Shown one piece after another: positions 12,901 to 24,185 of a stretch of DNA of 64,000 nucleotides (position 1 is the first letter of the stretch; every line of letters begins with the position of its first letter). The translations under genes and the position numbers were made by a program. The stretch spans positions 121,895 through 185,894 of the forward strand of contig NW_005434591.1 of NCBI RefSeq assembly GCF_000315625.1, read 5' to 3'. Below the pieces are notes generated by a model that had not been told where the DNA came from, made no database searches, and worked only from the letters and a program-made list of their open reading frames with translations. The stretch comes from Guillardia theta CCMP2712 (lineage: Eukaryota > Protista > Cryptophyta).

Positions 12901-13281
12901 CTCCGAGAGAAGATCCTTGCGATGCTGCGGGCAGGTCAGTTGGTAAGGAAGTGACGGGGGAAGTTGGCGGGGGCAGGAGGGAGGAGTGGGAGAGGGAGGG
13001 GACAAGGATCCGGGCTACATACCTGGGCGACTAGCCGGATCATCTGATCGTAGTGTCGGTTCTTCTTGTACATGTTGATCGCAAGGTCGGGCTCCTTGAC
13101 CATGATGTAAAGCTTCTCAGCTTCTTTCAGCTTCCCTTGTGCCTCCAGCCTGCCCCGACCAGCTCTCACCTCCCAGCCCAGCGCCTCCGTCAAGAAAGAG
13201 GAATACCTCTGTGCCTGGTTCACGTAGAGGGTGTTGACGGCAGACTCGCTCATGAAGGAGACAGCCACCTTCAACCCACGT

Positions 13282-13313
<32 letters not shown>

Positions 13314-16300
13314 GGTGGGCTGTAGCCGTTGAGGAGGACGAGTCTACCTTGTGGACCTTCTCCCACTTCTTGATGCGGGTGTACATCTCCACAGCATCCT
13401 GCGGGCATCGAGCCTTGATGTAGTACCTCTCCGCATCATCGTAGTTCTTCGTCTCCTCAAAGTGCTGGGCGATGATCTTGTAGAATCGGCTGGCAACCTG
13501 CCGACCCGTCACTTCCATGGCCCTTCCCTGCGTCCCATCGCTCACGTCGTCGTCCTGGGTATCCACGATCTGCACCGCCTTGGACCATTGCCGCGCTTGA
13601 ATGGCGGCCTCTATCGCCTTGATGTTCTGACCTGCCTCGATGAAGTGATTGATGGCTGCGTCCAGCTGCTTCTGCGAGACGAGCCAGTTGCCCCACTCCA
13701 GCTCCAGCTGCACCACCTGCAAACAGCCCCGTCATCATCGTCCTCATGCCCTCCTGATCATCATCATCAACAACAACCCCCCCTCCTCGTGATCACCCTC
13801 GTTCCTCTCCCCCTCCCCAACCTCCCAATTTCCCTCCTCCGTGATGTAGCACCTCTCGCGGAAAGTTTCTCCTCGCAAGCTCGACTGCCTTTCTGTACGC
13901 GTTGCCCTTGCGGTAGGATTCCAACGCTCGTTCAATCATGTTCAGCTTCTCAAAGAAGTTTCCAGCCTGCTCGTCGATCAAATCGTGCACAGAATCTCCT
14001 CCCCCTCCCACTCCCCCTCCTGCTTCCTCCTCTTCTTCTCCCTCCCCCTCTTACCTTCTCGTGTAGCCCGGACTTGCTAAGTGCAGCAGCGATCGTCTCG
14101 AGCATCTCCGGCGTCTGAGGATACTGTTGGTTCTGCACGAGGGCGGCAGCGCGGGCAGGCAGGCCTCCTTGCAGGTAGAGCTGGATGGCCGTCTCAATGT
14201 CTCCCTCCTTCTCCTTGAGCTTGGCAGCCCTCTCCTCCTGCCCTGTCACCAGCAGCCACTGCAGGTAGGACGTCTTGAGCTCCTCCGTCTCAGGCTTCCC
14301 CTTGCTCTCGGAGATCGCGATGGCCTCGTCCCACCGGTGCAGCTCCTGGTACATCTGCATCGCCTCCTCCACCTGCCCTTGCTCCAGCAGGATCTGCTCA
14401 GCCCGCTCAAAGTGCTTCTCCAGCTTCGCCATTTCTGATTGCACCTTGAAGTGCTGGGCCCCGTCGGGCAGCCCGGACCTCTCTGCTTCCTCCGCGATCT
14501 CGTTCACCTTGCGCAGGTACATGGCCTTGGCCGTGTCCCCGAGGGCCGCACAGCACCGCTCAGCTATGAAGAGACGGTTGTCCTGCAGTGCCAGCTGACA
14601 CAGGGTGGACCACATGGCCTCCGTCTCCGGGCTGAACTCCAGCTGCTCGAGCAGCGTGACAGCCTTCTCATACTCCTTGTTCTCGATCGAGCTCCCGAAC
14701 TCAATCAGCGTCTCGTCCAGACGGTAGGAGACGGTGTTAATCCCTTCGTCGACGATCACCTCGGTCCTGCCTCCAGCCCTCTCGATGTCCTCCACGTCTC
14801 CCTTGATCTGGAAGATGGTGACTCGCTCGGGGGCATCGATGGAGTACCAGACACACAGGTTGTCGCGGTTCTGGGCGACCACAACATCACTGTTGGGCAC
14901 CCACTGCACGTAGCTGCAGTAGTTGAGGAGGGTTGACCTGGTCTGAGAAAGGAGGTCGAACAGGTGTAGTTGGCGATGTTTGTCCCGGTAGAGCAACTTC
15001 GTTGCCGACGGGTTCAGCTCCAGCCAGTCGACCTTAGCATCATGATTGACAGTAGCTACAGTGTGACTGGTTGTCAGATCAAGCACGCGAATGGTCTGGA
15101 AATCCATCAAGTATGCGATCTTCTTGTTCTCCTGCTCTCCGCTCTGCTCTCCTAGAGACTTCGATTCGTTCAACCGGCACGAGATGTAGTGAGGAGACAC
15201 ATGCTCTGTCCTTGCTGAGCCCAAGATTTCATTCCGACCGTACTCCACCAGCGTCAGCTCGCCTGCATTGTAGACCATGCAGACAGAAGGGTTTTCGAAG
15301 ATGAACCTCTCTGAACCTGAACCACTCCATGGTACCTCAGATAGCTTGCATGACTCAAGGTTGCCGATGAGGAGAGTTTCGGGAGTGTGGGCAACGAGGT
15401 ATTGATCTTGGTATATGTTGATCTTGACGATCTCATATTGGAAATGAGACTTGAGAACTATCCTGGTTCCCGACGACAAACGTTTCACAATCACCTGAGA
15501 GAGAGAGACATATGTGAACTCAAACTTCCCCTTGTAACGATAACGACGGAGACAGGCATCGTAGCAGTCGATAGCACCAGCAAGAGTCCCAACACACAGC
15601 CTCGATCCGTCCTGCTTCCATGACATTGCAGTGACAGAGTACATGTTCTCAATCTGCTTTATCCCTGCTTCTTCCCACAGGTTCCTCCGAATGTTGAGAT
15701 TGAAAACGTGCAGTCTGTTGAATGCACCAACAACTGCACTCTCACCTGACGGGTTGAAACAGCAGGCGGTGAACTCCTTGAGATTCGCAATATCAGACGA
15801 GTAGTCGAACAACTGATAGACCCCGCCTTCGATGTCATAGAACACAATCTTGCCATCGTTGCCACCAGCTATGATGTTCTCACCCCAGGCAAGAGCTTGC
15901 GGTACACAGGTGTGCATCGCCAGCCTCACATGAGCTGGCCCTCCACTCTCATCGAACGAGAAGCGATAGATCGAGCCGTCGACATGGCCAGAAAGGATTG
16001 AGTGCCCGTCTGGGCTCGAGCACAAGGACGTCACGTACGAGTCTGTGCTGTACAACTTCTGCGCCTTGTTGGATCGGATAATCCCAACCTTGACTGTCCC
16101 GTCAGTCAGCCCGAACACCAGCTCGTTGGGCTGCTCCATCGGCCAAGTGAGACAAGTCACGCCCGCATTCGATTGAAGGAATTTGTTGCAGATCGACTTC
16201 TTCTCTCCCCATTCCAACCCCAGTTTGTAGATGAACACAATGTTGTCGCTCTGCGCAACAGCAAGACGAGTTGAATCCGGGGAGAAGGCCATGCCCGTGA

Positions 16301-16502
16301 CCATGTAGTTCTTCGGGCCATTCGCATCAGCAGGCTTGGTGCTGAACTTGTCTTTCTTCTCGCCAACCTCATCAAACAGGTGCACAACACGATCAGAAGT
16401 CGAGGCTGCAAGCCTCCTGTTGTTCGGTGACCAGCATAGCGCTGTGATCCGCGCTATCTCCTCACCTGGCGCCTGCAGCGTCCGTAGATGCCGCAGCTGC
16501 AT
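7589..16502 (-). CDS. IFT172: Intraflagellar transport protein 172 (WD40 + TPR); long first exon then many short exons; extreme 3' end unresolved
   Basis: MQLRHLRTL start; [112 protein letters not shown]. These motifs are characteristic of IFT172. Confidence 0.95.
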
Positions 16503-16509
16503 ATTTCGA

Positions 16510-17350
16510 AGCCGTCGGTTGCTACCACCCCTTCGTTGCAATGAGTGTACCCCACATAAGACCACCCCTCACCCTCATTTCCCTATTGTTTTGTATCACA
16601 TGTACCCGTACTTTGACACCCCCACCCATGAAAAGATAACTTCTGCAGTCGTGTACCCCTGTCAATCCTTCATCAATTGCACCGGTACTGCAAGAATGAC
16701 TACCCTACCCTCTGTGTAGAAATGGACATCAGAGTGTCTGAAAGGGACGGGTACTTTGCAATCCCTACCCACTCGATCCATGGTTTTGACCTTGGGGTGG
16801 TGTAACCCCACCCTTGGAATTCTATCTTTCAGGAGACAAATGACAAGGTGGGTGGTTGTTCATGGTTGTGAATTTCCGGTAGAGGCAAATCTGCTCGTTG
16901 TTGTGGAGGGTCTTTGCCCGAAAAGAGGTACAAATATTTGAAAATTCAAAAAATATCAAATGTACATGTGACCCCTTCCGAAATTACATGTATAAATCTC
17001 ACCGGTACTTGATCCTTTGAAAAATCATGGTGGGGTATATGATGTACCTACCATATTACGAAAGGTGAAATTCATCTGTCAAAGGGGGGTAGGGGTGAAA
17101 ATGAGCGAACGAAAAGGAAAGAGGTAAAAACAAGAAAAAAAATTGGATTGAGTTTGTTTTGAGAGGCCGCTCAGGATAGTTAAATGCGGGTAGGGGTGGT
17201 AAAAAGAGTAGATTTGGAGGGTGGGGTACAGGAAACTACAGAAAAGGTCTGTTTTAACTAGGGGTTCTTTAAGGCTAAAATCAGGGGTGATGAAAACGAT
17301 TCAGTCGCGATGGGGTTATAGTGTGGAGTGGGGGTGGGGTGGCTACAGCG
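16510..17350. promoter_or_regulatory. Divergent promoter region between IFT172 and the A20-finger gene, rich in oriented GGGGT(A)/TACCCC motifs
   Basis: Lies between two head-to-head start codons. ACCCC motifs cluster at the left end and GGGGT motifs at the right end. Confidence 0.5.
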
Positions 17351-17359
17351 GCTACTAAA

Positions 17360-18348
17360 ATGGCCGAAGGCAAACAAGAGAAATTTGTGTTGGTTGGAGA
17401 CGAGGAGGAGGAGGAGGAGGAGGAGGAGAGGTATGTGGATGCAGAGAGCAGATATGAACGTCCTCTTTCTGCTCCAGAGTTTCCTATGTCTGATGATGGA
17501 AATAAGCTGTTTGAATCTTGCGCAAATGAAGTTCAAGGAAACGAAACTGGAGAGAACAAGAACGATGTCGATGATTTACAAAAACCTGCAAGATGCGTCG
17601 ATTGTCAAGAATTCTATGCCTCTGTGGACAACCGATGCAGCCTCTGCGCGAAGAAACATTGCGATTCGGCCCCTCAAGAAGACAAGGAAGCAGAGGCTAT
17701 CAGCGCTGTAGGGTTGGATGACCCCAATGTGATTGCCGGATCAGCTGTCGTAGGGGCTGGCATCGGCCTCTTAGCAGGAGGAGGATTGATGGCTGTTGCA
17801 GGAGGTATTCATAGCATCCCATGCTCCTAATCTGTTTGCTTGCTCTGTCAACACTCTATGCAACTTTGTAATGATGTGCCTGTGACACACGTGCTTTTAG
17901 CTGGTATCGGCGCGCTTGCTGCCTCTCGCAAGGGATACTGGGGTGATCAAAGCCGTGCAGCTGGTAAGCACGTCGTAAACGCTGCCAAGGCTGCCAAGGA
18001 TGTCGGAGACAAATGGAAGATAGCTGAGAAGGCCAACGCTGTTGCAAGCGATGCCAACAAGAGGATACAGGATGCCAAGTTGAAAGACAAGATGGATAAT
18101 GCCGTCAGAAGGACGGACGAGTTCTTAACTGCATCAGCGAGAAGAGCAGATGAATTGATGGTGACTGCAAGGTACTTTTTGATCCTTGTGATACAAGATT
18201 GGTTTCTGAAGATGACACTGTCATCAGGCCAAAGATCAACCGGTGGTATGAAAGAGCAAGACAGGTTGCTGCAGAAGTCAGCAACAGTGCACAGAGTATT
18301 GTCAACAGCAAGAAGAAGCCTCATACGGAAGAAGTGACGGAAGTCTAG
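17360..18348 (+). CDS. Protein with A20-like Cys4 zinc finger and glycine-zipper hydrophobic segment; exons 17360-17804, 17901-18171, 18228-18348
   Basis: RCVDCQEFYASVDNRCSLCAK resembles zf-A20 spacing. It is followed by AGSAVVGAGIGLLAGGGLMAVAGAGIGALAA and an A/K/D-rich amphipathic tail. Two GT-AG introns restore the frame; TAG at 18346-18348. Confidence 0.65.
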
Positions 18349-18850
18349 ACCTACCAAAACTCTGAGCTTATCAAAGTTGAACGACTATTGTAGTTCTAGT
18401 TGATTGATCCGATCGGATGCTCAGCTTCATGGCGGTGGCTGCCAGGTGTGAGGTGCCGTTTTATCGGCGCAGCGTTAGCTCTGCGGCGAGCATCCTTCTT
18501 GCAGCTTTGGTTTACACGTAAACTTTTGCATTCACGGCACATCCGGCGGCGGTATCGGCTGCCAAGGCTTCGTCATCCGATTCGGCGAAGCCTGCGCCTG
18601 CCGGGCCGCAAGCCAGTGCACCAAACCCGCCCCCATCCCCATTTCCCCCCTCCTCCTCCATCCTGGGAAGAGCGCTCGCCGCCCCTTGAACCGTTGACTT
18701 GCCAAGTTAGTACCGGTGGCATGTGTGCCGCAGCCTGGCAGTCCGCATGCCCCGCACCGTCAGTGCTGCCCGGAGAAGTTGTAAAAATTGGTGGTCCTGA
18801 GTGCCCATGGCATTACTGAGTCAGATGTGTTTGTCTGCTGTGCTTGGGCA

Positions 18851-19944
18851 TCATTGACATTTCAAGTACACTCTGAGGTGTAGATCAAGTTTCTTGCTGT
18901 ATGCAATCGTGTTGAAAGTTTCCTCGTCAACTTGGTCTTGGCCGCAAGTTCCGCATCGATTGGCAGTGCTCTTGTTTGCGAGTGCAAAGAGGGAACGACG
19001 TAGGAGAATCTGGGATGCAAGAATAATGCCGGTGGGACCGAGAAGAGTCATCGGCGAGTGACCCGTCTGAAGGATTCTGTGGGTGTACAGGACGAGACTG
19101 ATGCTGACAAGAGCCAGCAAGAAACTCAGAAGCGAAGGACTTGTGCAACCCATGACAAGGATCGGAGAGCAGCGGCCACAGAGGTCCAGGTCGAGAGTGT
19201 GGGTGGACTGGCTGTTCCCGGAAAGCCCAGCATTCCAAGCTCGAGAGCTCGTCGACGATCCCAACAGATAGGCTCTCCAGGTTTTTGTTGTCAAGATGTA
19301 GTCTCCGCAGGCTTGTGAGTTTGTCAAATTTGCCATCGGGGAGGCTTGAAAGCTGATTATTATCAAGGTACAGGCAGCACATGCCCAAAAGACAGTCTTG
19401 AGATCTGATTGTAGTACAAGTGAAATGTCCACAAGTTGGTGAGTCTCTGAAAGATTCCCTGCAGGAGACTTGCAAGCTGGTTGTATGCTACATACAACCG
19501 TACCACACTTGTCAGCCCATCACAGTCCAACTGGAAACTCCAGGTTTAAGACTTAGTACCTGCAAGCTTGTGAGCCCATCGAAAGTCCCATCTTCAATAT
19601 GCAGAATACCTACATGATCCAATTCAAAACTTCTATAGCCCCACTGTTCAGTTCCACAGCTACCCCCACAGTTCCCCTCCCTCATAACAAGCCCTCATCT
19701 GAGACATGAAACTTGCAGCCCTCACAGCTCACATTGCCTGCCGCCTCGGCTTGCGGGAAAGAGTACAAGCCACAGCACACACACAGTGAGTATTTTTTTC
19801 ACGTTCTCTCCTTGACCCGTTCGCAGCAACAGGATGTTCGCTGCTTCCTTTCCCTGCTTTGCGCAAGCGAGAAGTATCTCTTTTACTCAAAAGTGGAAAG
19901 CGAAAGATAGTTGGAGTAGCAATCCAGGCAGACATATTCATCAT
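18851..19944 (-). pseudogene. Decayed paralog of the adjacent LRR gene
   Basis: 19680-19790 matches the 5' end of the intact LRR gene (AEAAGNVSCEGCKFHVSDEGLL vs AEAASSVSCGGCTFHVSDEGLL). LRR fragments (LYLDNNQLSSLPDGKFDKLTSLRRLHLDNKNLESLSVGIVDELSSLE) are interrupted by stops and frameshifts. Confidence 0.7.
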
Positions 19945-20157
19945 CTTTTTGAAACAAACACAAACTTAACGCATTGAAGGACTAACACAAGTACATGACT
20001 GATCAACTTGATTGAGACGCCGTGATACTGATGATCGGGTCGGACCAGGCTGGGTGCTGCTGTCATCTGTCTTCTTTGCGTAGCATGAGCTCATCCTCAA
20101 GGCCCCTGAAAAAAGCCATCAGACAAAAAGAAAGGCAACACTGAGAAAGCAAAACTT

Positions 20158-21297
20158 TCACCATGGGATGAATTTCTTCTCCTCTTCATCAAACACATAG
20201 CAGAAGGCATTCCTAGGCCTCGCACACGAATCTTCATGGCTGCACACCCACACCTCATACCTACCCCTCACCATCAGCTTCCCGAGTCCCCCCATCGTGA
20301 TGGTGTGGTTCGTCGCGAGCTCACTGGCCACGATCTCTCGCCAGTCATGCTGTATCCGGCAGCGGAGGTAGTCCGGGTGGAGAGTCCAGGTTCGCGGTGG
20401 TGGGCCTGTTGGTGTCGTGGTTGGCATGTCTGGTACTGCCGGAGTTGTAGCTGGGATATCTGGTGTTGCTGAAGCTGTAGTTGGAATCTCTAGTGATGCT
20501 GAAGCTGTAGTTGGGAAGTTGTCGCACTGAGTTTCGTTGAGGCATGGTTCCAGGTTCGCGTCGAATCGAGTAAAACTTGGCCAGGATGGGTCCTTGCACA
20601 GAAGATTGTTGCCTTCCAGGTTCAAAAAGAAAAGCGAAGACAAACCAGCGAAAGCCCGGGAGGAAACACAGGAAAGCTTGTTGGCGGCAAGATCTATCTT
20701 CTGCAAGCTCGAGAGCCCGTCGAAGATCCCTGCAGGCAGACTCTTCAGCTGGTTGAAGTCGAAATGTATCCCCAGCAAGTTAGAGCGCCCGTGGAAGATC
20801 CCCGCAGGAAGGCTCTCCAGCTTGTTCCTGTAAAACCCTAAATCCTTCAAGCTCGAGAGCCCATCGAAGATCCCTGCAGGTAGACTCTGAAGCTGGTTGT
20901 CGTGAAATTGCAAAGACTGCAAGCTCGAGAGCCCGTCGAAGATCCCTGCAGGCAGAGTGTACAGCATATTGTTGGGAATATGTATTTGCTCCACACTTGA
21001 GAGCCCTTCGAAGATCCCTGCAGGCAGACTCTGAAGCTTGTTTTGTCCAAGTTGTATCAACCGCAAGCTCGAGAGCCCGTGAAAGGTCCCATTAGTTATG
21101 TTCCGAATTTCAAGGGAGGTCAATGACAACCCCCCAGTACAGCTATCCGCACAGCTCCCTTCCCTCCACAACAAGCCCTCATCCGAGACATGAAACGTGC
21201 AGCCCCCACAGCTCACACTGCTTGCCGCCTCGGCCTTAGGACATATCCACGCCCCTAGTACAGCCCAAAGCACACACGCACACAGCATCCTCCTCAT
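20158..21297 (-). CDS. Secreted leucine-rich-repeat protein (signal peptide, Cys cap, about 7 24-aa LRRs, Thr/Pro stalk, Cys-containing C-terminal domain)
   Basis: Intronless 379-aa ORF with signal MRRMLCACVLWAVLGAWICPKAEA, repeats of NxLxSLPAGIFDGLSSLxxL, and PTTASA repeats. Confidence 0.9.
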   Translation of the reverse strand: MRRMLCACVLWAVLGAWICPKAEAASSVSCGGCTFHVSDEGLLWREGSCADSCTGGLSLTSLEIRNITNGTFHGLSSLRLIQLGQNKLQSLPAGIFEGLSSVEQIHIPNNMLYTLPAGIFDGLSSLQSLQFHDNQLQSLPAGIFDGLSSLKDLGFYRNKLESLPAGIFHGRSNLLGIHFDFNQLKSLPAGIFDGLSSLQKIDLAANKLSCVSSRAFAGLSSLFFLNLEGNNLLCKDPSWPSFTRFDANLEPCLNETQCDNFPTTASASLEIPTTASATPDIPATTPAVPDMPTTTPTGPPPRTWTLHPDYLRCRIQHDWREIVASELATNHTITMGGLGKLMVRGRYEVWVCSHEDSCARPRNAFCYVFDEEEKKFIPW

Positions 21298-21359
21298 GCT
21301 CCCTCCTTATCCACTGCAACTCACCTGAGACCGGTACTATTGACTATGAACGCGCCGCC

Positions 21360-21505
21360 CACCCTACCCCAGCTAGCATACTGCCCACCCTACCCCAGGT
21401 AGCATACTGCTCACCTACCCCAGGTAGCATGCTGCTCACCCTACCCCAGGTAGTAAACTACCCACCCTACCCCAGCTAGCAAAAAGCCCACCCTACCCAA
21501 GGTAT
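21360..21505. repeat. Tandem array of about 6 copies of a 26-bp unit (caccctaccccaggtagcatactgct) about 60 bp upstream of the LRR start codon
   Basis: Imperfect tandem copies read directly from the sequence. Confidence 0.9.
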
Positions 21506-21711
21506 CGATTTGATCGCGTTGACTCTCGCGGTCCTGGTCTCGGAGGACCGTGTGGTAAAGACTATTGAATCGAGAGCCGCATTTCGGAGATTATGTTGCG
21601 TCCCTAGAAAAGATACAAAGAGAGAAGTTGTGGAGTCCGAGTCTCTGAAACTCCTTCTGCCAATGCCTGATTTTACGAGGCGAGTGTGCTCGAGCAGCAA
21701 GGGGCACTACC

Positions 21712-22636
21712 CCTAATCCTTCCCTTAGCCTATATAAGGATCAGCCTCTTCAGCTACAAGGGTCTCTTCTCTCCTCATGTTGTATGCCACGCTGATGTAG
21801 CATCGCTAGTGACTCAACGTCACTACACACTACACCTTTATGTTGTAAAGTCTGTCAATGGCGATACTCAGGCTGATCAAGCGAATCTGAAAGCGATTCG
21901 AATTTCTGGAGAAGCGAAAAAAATTGTTTCAAAAGTGTATGGAATCTGTATCACTCTTGCAAACATGCCAAAGGGATTCTGCTCCTTTTGAGAAACTGAC
22001 AGGAGCAAAATTTAACGGAGCAAATTTTGCTTTGACCGATTCATCCAAAGAAGTGTGATGGAACTGAGTTCCTTCTTAGATAGTCGGTGAGAATCTTCGA
22101 TGGTTCAAGGCCGAAATGAAATATTCGAGAAATATCTTAAGGATTTCATCTCGTGGCTCAATCAGGGAGAAGGGCAGAGAGCTCAAGTGATAGAAGTGGG
22201 CAGTTTGCCAAGACAACGTATGTCAAGAACATAAAAATATAAGAAACAAGGCGGTGACGAGATGAAATCAGATGGGCTTAGATTTTGGCTGTAATTCGAT
22301 TGTTTAAGGTTCGCAAAACACATATGACTAACAGCAGCGAGATAGAGCTCAGAAATTTGGCTAAGTGTTTTTGAGTCTTCGACCTCTGAGGCGGCATTTC
22401 ACGAGTACCACCCGGGCCTCTGCTCTCATTCGCTGCAACATGTCACCCCCCGAAGCTTTATGGGTTGCAGACGTCTACAGCGAATGCTCAAGGCACCTCC
22501 ACTGGATCACACAGAGAGGTGAGGTGTGGTGAAGTCGAGTTTACTAGCGATGATGCTAGCTCAGCGTGGTATACAACATGAGGACAGAACAGACCCTTGT
22601 AGCTAAGATCCTTATATAGGCTAAGGGAAGGATTAG
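21712..22636. repeat. Pair of diverged ~125-bp inverted repeats (21712-21837 and about 22514-22636) within a degenerate, probably transposon-derived region
   Basis: ctaatcctttcccttagcctatataaggatc...gctacaagggtctcttctctcctcatgttgtatgccacgctga is matched by the reverse complement of 22560-22636. No TSD or transposase motif was recognised. Confidence 0.7.
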
Positions 22637-24185
22637 CTTCTGCTCCACTTCTTACCAGGAATGAGGAAACCACCCGTACTAGAGAGGCTCTCTCTGCCAG
22701 CTGGGGTCATCCTCTAGAGCACATCTAGCCGTTCAATGCTTTCAGTCCTTTGAGAGTCCTTCGCCTGACTTTGTTGACGATCAAGGCTAAGCCTAGCCTT
22801 GAGTGCTGTCCCTTACCTTGCCAGGGTAGGCCCCAATCTGAGCTCGCTGTGCTAGGGCTTTGATCGTGACTCTCCAGCTGCTGCCTTCTTGGAGAGTTCT
22901 CTCTCAGAAGATTTCGCTTTCAACTTACCGACGATTCCTGTCATCTGACTCTTGCTCACGAGTCTTTCAAGTTCAGACTCTGCTGTCATACGCCGCTCCC
23001 CCGCGGCTACTTCGAGTACTAGGCGGCTCAGCGGCTGCCAGCTTAGGACATCGTAAGCACGACTCCCAGAGGAACGAGTTTGCTACGGTTTGAATCATTG
23101 GCATCGGAAGTCACCCATGACTTCCAGGAAGGGAACGTATATCATAACGTTCCACAGCATCGCCTTGCAAGGCACGTTGCGACAAAAGCCTCTCCTGTCA
23201 CAGTCAAGTTACGGTACTATGATAAGTTGAGAACTTGAAGTACTGTCCCTCGGACCGTACCGTGAACCGAACCGTGACACACAGTTGCCAGATGGTCCGA
23301 TCGTGACATCTTTGTCATTTGGCAGCCGCCCGCGCTACGAGCCCGCCGGCCGGCCGCGGGCCGGGCTCGGGACCCGAAAAGTGCGGGCCACACGGCGGCG
23401 CGGCCCCCGCGCTGAGCAGTGACTCGGAGGCCGCGTGCCGCAGTCCGTCACTGTCAGTCATGCGGCTCAGCGGCTCAGCTGCCACCGGGCACATCCGAGT
23501 CCGGGGCCCGGCGGGTCCGAGCCGCCGAGCCCGACGGTCTGACTCGGAGACGATCCAATCAGCCGGCCCCCGGGCCCGGGCCCGGCGGCCGGCCGGGCGG
23601 CGGCGGCCTCCGAGTCAGACTCGGTCTCCGACCTAATCCGCGCCAGTCCGAGTCGCCGGGGCGGTCCGATCAGGCACCGTGCCACGCCGATGCCATGATA
23701 CTCAGTGATTTTTCCACTCAAAAGTTTGAGTAAAGACTCAAAAAAATCCCGCGGCCGCAGGCGTGACTCACTGAGTCAGGCATCAGTGATCAGCCGCACG
23801 GCGCATGCCTCCGAGGCGGATCCGAGGACCAGGTGACCACCCGTACTAGCAGTCTCCCGTACGGTGAGTGAACTCGGGGTAGGGTCTCGGAGCCTTCGGC
23901 GATCGGCCGGGAGCCTGAGGTAAAAGTCAAAAATGTACCCGGCAAATAATTATTGGCGCCGTGTGATGACAGGTGTTGCAGTGTGCCAGTCAAACACGAG
24001 CGGAGGTGGGGGGTCACTGTACTATCGCTGAATCACTTAGTGCGAGCAAAGGAAAATCTCCCAGCCTTGCACCCCCCTCGGCCTACCAGGTTACGACCCT
24101 ACCAATATCTCAAACGCACCGGCTCGCAACCTACGACTCTCGAGGTACGAGAACTGAAACCGTGAGCTGGCAGGACAGAGAGGCC

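Noticed and set aside
20028-20108. CTGATGA...CTGA as a hammerhead ribozyme or C/D snoRNA
   Set aside because: No stem II/GAAA core, no terminal stem and no identifiable guide sequence.
23319-23733. R/G/P/A-rich ORFs in GC islands (also 25620-26147, 42191-42457)
   Set aside because: Composition-driven open frames with no domain signal.
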